DNA of 64,000 nucleotides from Candidatus Ryanbacteria bacterium RIFCSPLOWO2_12_FULL_44_26 (GTDB lineage Bacteria; Patescibacteriota; Minisyncoccia; Ryanbacterales; HO2-45-13): NCBI GenBank assembly GCA_001821765.1, contig MHOA01000001.1, positions 88,294 to 152,293 of the forward strand, read 5' to 3'. Shown piece by piece: positions 59,049 to 64,000 of this stretch (position 1 is its first letter; each line of letters starts with the position of its first letter). The notes under the pieces were generated by a model. It saw only the letters and a program-made list of their open reading frames with translations, ran no database searches and was not told where the DNA came from. The position numbers and the translations under genes were made by a program.

Positions 59049-59131
59049 CTACCATAGCATAAATATATGAGTTTGTCTTGTGAAACAGGAATGTATCATT
59101 ATAATATATATAAAATACTCTCATTGGCACT

Positions 59132-60043
59132 ATGACGCGGACATATAGGAGAACGCTTTTTCTAATATCCAGCATCCTTTTTTTTATCGCAGCAATGATT
59201 ATTGTGCTGTTTTCTCTTGGTTACCGTTTGTCAAAGGACGGAGGGATTGTAAAAACGGGAGGCCTTTTTATCGCATCAGTTCCGTCTACAGAAGTGCAAA
59301 TTTTTGTAAACAATAAGTTTGTAAAAAAGACAGCCCTCATCTCACGAAGCATTTTCATGCAGAGTTTGACTCCCGCAACATACAATATAAGAATTGAACG
59401 GGAAGGATTTCATACTTGGGAAAAAAATATTGTTGTAGAACCAGAACGTGTTTCAGAAGTCCGTGCTCTTATGGTAAAAGATCCTGTTGATGGGAAAATA
59501 CTGAGCCGCGGAAACTTTATTTCCATTGAAGCGGAAAGCGAGAAAATCCTTAAAGTCGTTACAGAAAAGAAAGAAACACGATTCTTTGATACTGAAAAAG
59601 AGGAATTTCTTTCAACAATCCCCGAAAAGAGCCAACCCGCTCCTGAAACCCTGCCGTCCACAGCGCAAGCCGTTTTGTTGCGGGAAAATCCTGATGGTTA
59701 TGATATAGATGCTGAAAAAGAAAAAATCCTATGGTGGGACGGCAGAACTATTTTGGTTGAATGGTTAAATCCTCAAACACTTCCTTTTTACACAAAAGAG
59801 TCAACAATAAAAATTATTGACAGCAATCAACCGATCCGTGAAGCGGTATTTTACCCAAGGCGCGATGCGGTAATCGCTACCTATGAAAATGCAGTAATGA
59901 TTATAGAACTTGATGGAAGAGGAGGGCATGTCATAACACCTGTATACAAAGGGAAAAAACCAAACATTGCGCTCCTAAACCCAAAAGAACGCATATTATA
60001 TATTCTTGATGATGGGAACATTATTCGGGCAGAACTTCTCTAA
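59132..60043 (+). CDS. hypothetical membrane-anchored protein with PEGA-like beta domain
   Basis: N-terminal TM; ..PATYNIRIEREGFHTWEKNIVVEPERV.. resembles PEGA. Confidence 0.4.
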   Translation: MTRTYRRTLFLISSILFFIAAMIIVLFSLGYRLSKDGGIVKTGGLFIASVPSTEVQIFVNNKFVKKTALISRSIFMQSLTPATYNIRIEREGFHTWEKNIVVEPERVSEVRALMVKDPVDGKILSRGNFISIEAESEKILKVVTEKKETRFFDTEKEEFLSTIPEKSQPAPETLPSTAQAVLLRENPDGYDIDAEKEKILWWDGRTILVEWLNPQTLPFYTKESTIKIIDSNQPIREAVFYPRRDAVIATYENAVMIIELDGRGGHVITPVYKGKKPNIALLNPKERILYILDDGNIIRAELL

Positions 60044-60049
60044 AAAGTT

Positions 60050-61339
60050 TTATATACTTCGACTGGCAAGTGCTTTTGCAACTCTCCATACATCTCCTGC
60101 GCCAAGCGTTGCAATAACAACATCCCTGCTCCATGTGCGCTTTTTGAGTAATATTGCTGTTTGTTTTATTGAGGCTACAAAGCGAACATTACCTCCATTT
60201 GCACGGATCTTTCTGAACAAATCCATCCCTCCCACCTTCCCTTTTTTTTCTCTTGCTGATCCGTATACTTCCAGAATAATAATCTCATCTGCATCATAAA
60301 AAGAAGACGCAAAATCCTCCAAAAAAACCTCAGTGCGCGAGAAGGTATGAGGTTGAAACACCGCAATGATATAATGATGCGGATAACGCTCTCGAATCGC
60401 GCCTATCGCAGCTTGGATTTCCTTTGGATGGTGCGCATAATCATCAAGCACCACAGGCGAAGCATGGGCAGCGGTATAATATTCAAGTCTCCTTTTGGTG
60501 CCGCGAAACCGCCTGATAACGTCCCTTGAAACATCGTCTTCCACTCCCAACTGATGTGCCATATGATATGCCGCGGAGACGTTCATGAGATTATGAAACC
60601 CAAAAATATTTTCTAAAGGCAAGTCTATTTTGTTGAAAGTTGTTATGTTTCCTTTCAACACAAGCTCTCTGAAACCTTCTTTTTGTAAAATCTCTTCATG
60701 TATCACCACCTTTCCCCCTTCTTTTAAATTACCGAATAATTTTTTAAACGCTTCATTATAATCTCTGGGCGTTTTATAAAAATCTGGATGGTCATAATCA
60801 ATATTAGTAATTAACAACGCATAAGGCCGCATCAAAAGCATCTTTGCTTGATATTCGTCTCCCTCAATAAGCATCCATTCGCTTTTCCCAAACCGCGCAG
60901 TACGCTTCCATTCGATAACTTCACTGCCAACAAGCACCGTCGGATCCCAACCGGCCTGTTCTAAAATCCTTCCAAGAGCCGCAGTGGTAGTGGTTTTGCC
61001 GTGAGTACCAGTTACCATAATCCCTTTTTTCTTGTTAAAAAGCTCCGCAAGCACCTCGGTATAAGAATATACCGGAATATCAAGTACGGCTGCCCGTTTC
61101 AGTTCAGGGTGTTTTTGAGTGTAAGCGGTTGAATAAATTACCTCATCAATGCCGCTTTTTATATTTTTTTCACTAAACGGCAAAACGGGAATTGCAAGGT
61201 CTTTTAATATTCGGTCCGTAAAAAACACCTCCTCTGTATCAGAACCCTGCACTGTATCACCGGCGCCCTTCAGCAAGGTTGCCAGTCCCGTCATGCCCAC
61301 CCCTTTAATTCCAACCATATGTATGTTTTTGCCGGCCAT
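60050..61339 (-). CDS. murC: UDP-N-acetylmuramate--L-alanine ligase
   Basis: IHMVGIKGVGMTGLA, GTHGKTTTT. Confidence 0.85.
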   Translation of the reverse strand: MAGKNIHMVGIKGVGMTGLATLLKGAGDTVQGSDTEEVFFTDRILKDLAIPVLPFSEKNIKSGIDEVIYSTAYTQKHPELKRAAVLDIPVYSYTEVLAELFNKKKGIMVTGTHGKTTTTAALGRILEQAGWDPTVLVGSEVIEWKRTARFGKSEWMLIEGDEYQAKMLLMRPYALLITNIDYDHPDFYKTPRDYNEAFKKLFGNLKEGGKVVIHEEILQKEGFRELVLKGNITTFNKIDLPLENIFGFHNLMNVSAAYHMAHQLGVEDDVSRDVIRRFRGTKRRLEYYTAAHASPVVLDDYAHHPKEIQAAIGAIRERYPHHYIIAVFQPHTFSRTEVFLEDFASSFYDADEIIILEVYGSAREKKGKVGGMDLFRKIRANGGNVRFVASIKQTAILLKKRTWSRDVVIATLGAGDVWRVAKALASRSI

Positions 61340-61383
61340 GTCAAGAATTTTTATTCGATATGCACCTATAGTACTATAAAATC

Positions 61384-63273
61384 GTGTTTATCGTAACCGT
61401 ATATCCGTTAAAACCAATATATCCGCTCAACAAGCAAGCGGCGCTTTCCTATTTCTCATCCTTACATCTGAAGCGCGGTGCACTCATTACAGTTCCCATA
61501 AAAAACAAGCTGGTCTTAGCAATAGTTGCCCACACCGATTCAATTAAACAAAAAAAGCTATTTTTAAAAACAAGCCCGTTTCAGGTAAAACGCATTCACT
61601 CAATAATATGTGATGCGCCGTTCTTTCATACAGATCTTATAACAATTTCAAAAAAGCTTTCGGAGTTCTATGTACAACAAGAAGGGGTTATTCTAAGACA
61701 CTTTTTTCCTTCTTATATCCTCAAACACTGCAAACAACTGAGTCCATACGTGCAAAAAGAATTTTCACTTAGGAAAAGCACAACACCGACACTTGTTACC
61801 GGAAGTATCAATGTAAGACTTAAAGAATATCAAAACATTATCAATGATCACATACAAAAAAATAATATTGTATGGCTTGTAACGCCAACCATTGCTTTTG
61901 TAGAATACTTCTATAAACACTTAAAAACAAAAGCAGAAAAAGTAATTATGCTGCATGCTAAACTCCCAGTAAAAACGTTGATTGAAAATTGGGAAGCGGC
62001 GAGAAATAAAAAAGGCCTGCTTGTTATAGGGACGCCGGTGATACTCGGAACCCTGCATCATGCTGTTAGCGCCATTATTCTTGACAACGCATCATCGCCG
62101 CACATGCGTTATCCGCATATTCCTTATATAAACATACGGCATGTGTTTAGGAACATAACCGAAGAAAAAACCATCACATATGCAGAAGGGCTCATAACAC
62201 CGCTTACCGATGACGTCTATGATATCAAACGAGGCGCTGTAAAACTTCAGGAAACCCGACACCCGCGTCAGAATGGGACAAGAATATTTATTGATATGCA
62301 AAAAGAACAACATAAAAAAGGCGCGTTTCCTATTCTATCTGAATCGCTGATGCATGAAATAAAAAAAAGCAATTCCAGAATGATATGCTTTTTAAATAGA
62401 AAAGGATACAGCCCCCTTATTCTGTGCAAAGACTGCGGATCCGCCCTCTACTGCCCCTCGTGCAAAGCTCCGATGACATTGCACAAAAAGGATAAAAAGC
62501 GATTTTTTATCTGTCATCACTGCGGCCATACCATGTCCGCTGAAACCCAATGCGCCGTATGCGACAGTTGGAATCTGACAGCGTACGGCATTGGAACGCA
62601 ACGGCTTGAAGAAGAAATGAAAAAACTTGCTCCGGAAAAACATGTTTTTCGTTTTGATGCTGATACAATAAAAAACAATAAAGAAAGAAAAAAAATATTT
62701 GAGCAATTCCTTCAAACAAAGCATGGCATACTGATAGGAACAGAAATGGTTTTTGAAGAACCAGAGCTCTACTCTCCGTTTATTGCGATAATCAGCGTTG
62801 ACCATATGCTGACACTGCCGGATTTCCGAATAAATGAACAGGTTTTACGAATACTAGAAACGTTAGCAGCAAAATGTGAGATATTGATGCTGCAGTCTTT
62901 TCTTACAGACCACCTTCTTATAAAATCGTTCTTAAAACATGAAAGCAAACGATACTTCATAAAGGAACTGCAAGAACGAAAAAAGGCATATCTTCCCCCT
63001 TATTCGCTTATGATAAAAGTAGTTCTTGAAAACAAAAATAAAGCACTGCTTATAAAACAAGCGCAGCAAGCGGAAATGCTGCTCAAACACATCAACGCCC
63101 ACACACAATCAGTAAAAGCTTTCATACCAAAAAAAATGGACAGATGGAGGTGGCACATCTTCCTTCGCGTTTCCTTAGATCAATGGGTTAAAAACGAAGA
63201 CCATCTAAAAAGGACGCTGGCAAACCTCGAAGGCAACTACAGTATTGTTGTTGACCCAGCTTCAACTCTATAG
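61384..63273 (+). CDS. priA: primosomal protein N' (PriA) homologue with degenerate ATPase motifs
   Basis: Colinear with PriA helicase core and Cys-rich Zn module (CKDCGSALYCPSC..CHHCGH..CAVCDS), but Walker A is LVTGSINV and DEEH box is ILDNAS. Confidence 0.8.
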   Translation: MFIVTVYPLKPIYPLNKQAALSYFSSLHLKRGALITVPIKNKLVLAIVAHTDSIKQKKLFLKTSPFQVKRIHSIICDAPFFHTDLITISKKLSEFYVQQEGVILRHFFPSYILKHCKQLSPYVQKEFSLRKSTTPTLVTGSINVRLKEYQNIINDHIQKNNIVWLVTPTIAFVEYFYKHLKTKAEKVIMLHAKLPVKTLIENWEAARNKKGLLVIGTPVILGTLHHAVSAIILDNASSPHMRYPHIPYINIRHVFRNITEEKTITYAEGLITPLTDDVYDIKRGAVKLQETRHPRQNGTRIFIDMQKEQHKKGAFPILSESLMHEIKKSNSRMICFLNRKGYSPLILCKDCGSALYCPSCKAPMTLHKKDKKRFFICHHCGHTMSAETQCAVCDSWNLTAYGIGTQRLEEEMKKLAPEKHVFRFDADTIKNNKERKKIFEQFLQTKHGILIGTEMVFEEPELYSPFIAIISVDHMLTLPDFRINEQVLRILETLAAKCEILMLQSFLTDHLLIKSFLKHESKRYFIKELQERKKAYLPPYSLMIKVVLENKNKALLIKQAQQAEMLLKHINAHTQSVKAFIPKKMDRWRWHIFLRVSLDQWVKNEDHLKRTLANLEGNYSIVVDPASTL

Positions 63274-63279
63274 TAAAAA

Positions 63280-63822
63280 ATGTCTAAAAAATCAATTGTA
63301 AAAATCGGGAATAAGACTTTAAGAGAAAAAGCCGAGAGAGTCTACTTAGATAAAATAACCTCTCCGGAAATCCAGCAAACCATCCAAACCATGTCGGACA
63401 CATTAGCTGCAACATCCGATGGCATAGGGATTGCGGCCCCGCAAATCGGCGTACCTTTACAGATTTTTATAGCCTCGGAAGAAGCGCTTTTTGAAAGAAA
63501 AAAAGACGAAACCAAAAATATAAAGCATCATTGGAAACATTTTGTCTTTATAAACCCAAGGGTCGTTAAATTATCAAGAAAAAAAAAGGAAGATTATGAA
63601 GGATGTCTCAGTGTTCCGGGAAAATACGGTTTGGTCAAAAGAGCTGAAAAAATTACCATTCGCGCATATGACGAACACGGGATGGAACATACCAGAGGAG
63701 CGTCTGGGCTCTTTGCAAGACTTTTTCAGCATGAAATAGATCACCTGCAAGGCATACTATTTATTGATAAAGCCCAGAAAATAATAACCCTGCTGGATCA
63801 TAAGAAAGAAAATCCTGTATGA
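63280..63822 (+). CDS. def: peptide deformylase
   Basis: GIGIAAPQIG, EGCLSVPG, QHEIDHL. Confidence 0.9.
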   Translation: MSKKSIVKIGNKTLREKAERVYLDKITSPEIQQTIQTMSDTLAATSDGIGIAAPQIGVPLQIFIASEEALFERKKDETKNIKHHWKHFVFINPRVVKLSRKKKEDYEGCLSVPGKYGLVKRAEKITIRAYDEHGMEHTRGASGLFARLFQHEIDHLQGILFIDKAQKIITLLDHKKENPV

Positions 63823-64000
63823 CAAAGCGCCGCATCGTATTTTTCGGTACCCCGAATTTTGCCGTAACCATATTAGAATTTCTCCAAAACACAGACATAC
63901 GTCCGCTGCTTATTATCACAGCGCCGGATAAAGCGCGCGGAAGAGGTAAAAAAATTCTACCAACTCCGGTAAAAACATGGGCTCTAATACATAATATAGA
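63819..64000 (+). CDS. fmt: methionyl-tRNA formyltransferase, N-terminal fragment (3' end outside window)
   Basis: ATGA overlap with def stop; RIVFFGTPNFAV..ITAPDKARGRG. Confidence 0.75.
   Translation, partial: MTKRRIVFFGTPNFAVTILEFLQNTDIRPLLIITAPDKARGRGKKILPTPVKTWALIHNI

Overview
This is a gene-dense, roughly 40% GC bacterial chromosomal window with about 60 CDS, many short proteins and overlapping start/stop codons.

Most of it is housekeeping:
- Replication and repair: dnaB, recR, priA, holB, rmuC, mpg, scpAB.
- Translation: rplU, rplI, rpmA, cysS, aspS, gltX, lysS, proS, frr, def, fmt, tRNA-Lys(UUU), tRNA-Glu(CUC).
- Cell wall and shape: murA; dacA-like/mraY/murD/ftsW/murG; mraZ-rsmH-ftsL-ftsI-murF; murC; mrdA-mreD-mreC-mreB plus a second mreB; an EnvC-like M23 peptidase.

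The gene content, the scattered dcw genes and a decaying ilvE suggest a reduced-genome, peptidoglycan-containing bacterium, plausibly Patescibacteria/CPR-like. That placement is inference only.

Accessory or unusual content:
1. A ~1.3 kb GC-rich island directly 3' of tRNA-Lys, carrying a consensus promoter, an 85-nt inverted repeat, a lipoprotein gene and a structured non-coding tail.
2. A second ~300-nt GC-rich structured non-coding element with its own terminator at 36360-36660.
3. A lipid-modification gene cluster (PlsC-like acyltransferase, SAM methyltransferase, autoinducer-synthase-like GNAT acyltransferase) next to an orphan multi-TM histidine kinase. It is divergent from an MMPL/RND exporter across an (AAT)17 microsatellite.
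4. A secreted protein with thrombospondin-type-3 repeats, a dockerin-like domain and an NHL propeller.
5. Two near-identical type IV pilin-like genes with EF-hand/dockerin-like C-termini directly flanking tRNA-Glu. One sits as the last gene of the mraZ operon.
6. An ilvE split by a single-base homopolymer frameshift.
7. A PriA homologue with degenerate Walker A/B motifs.

No CRISPR array, rRNA or obvious transposase/integrase was seen.
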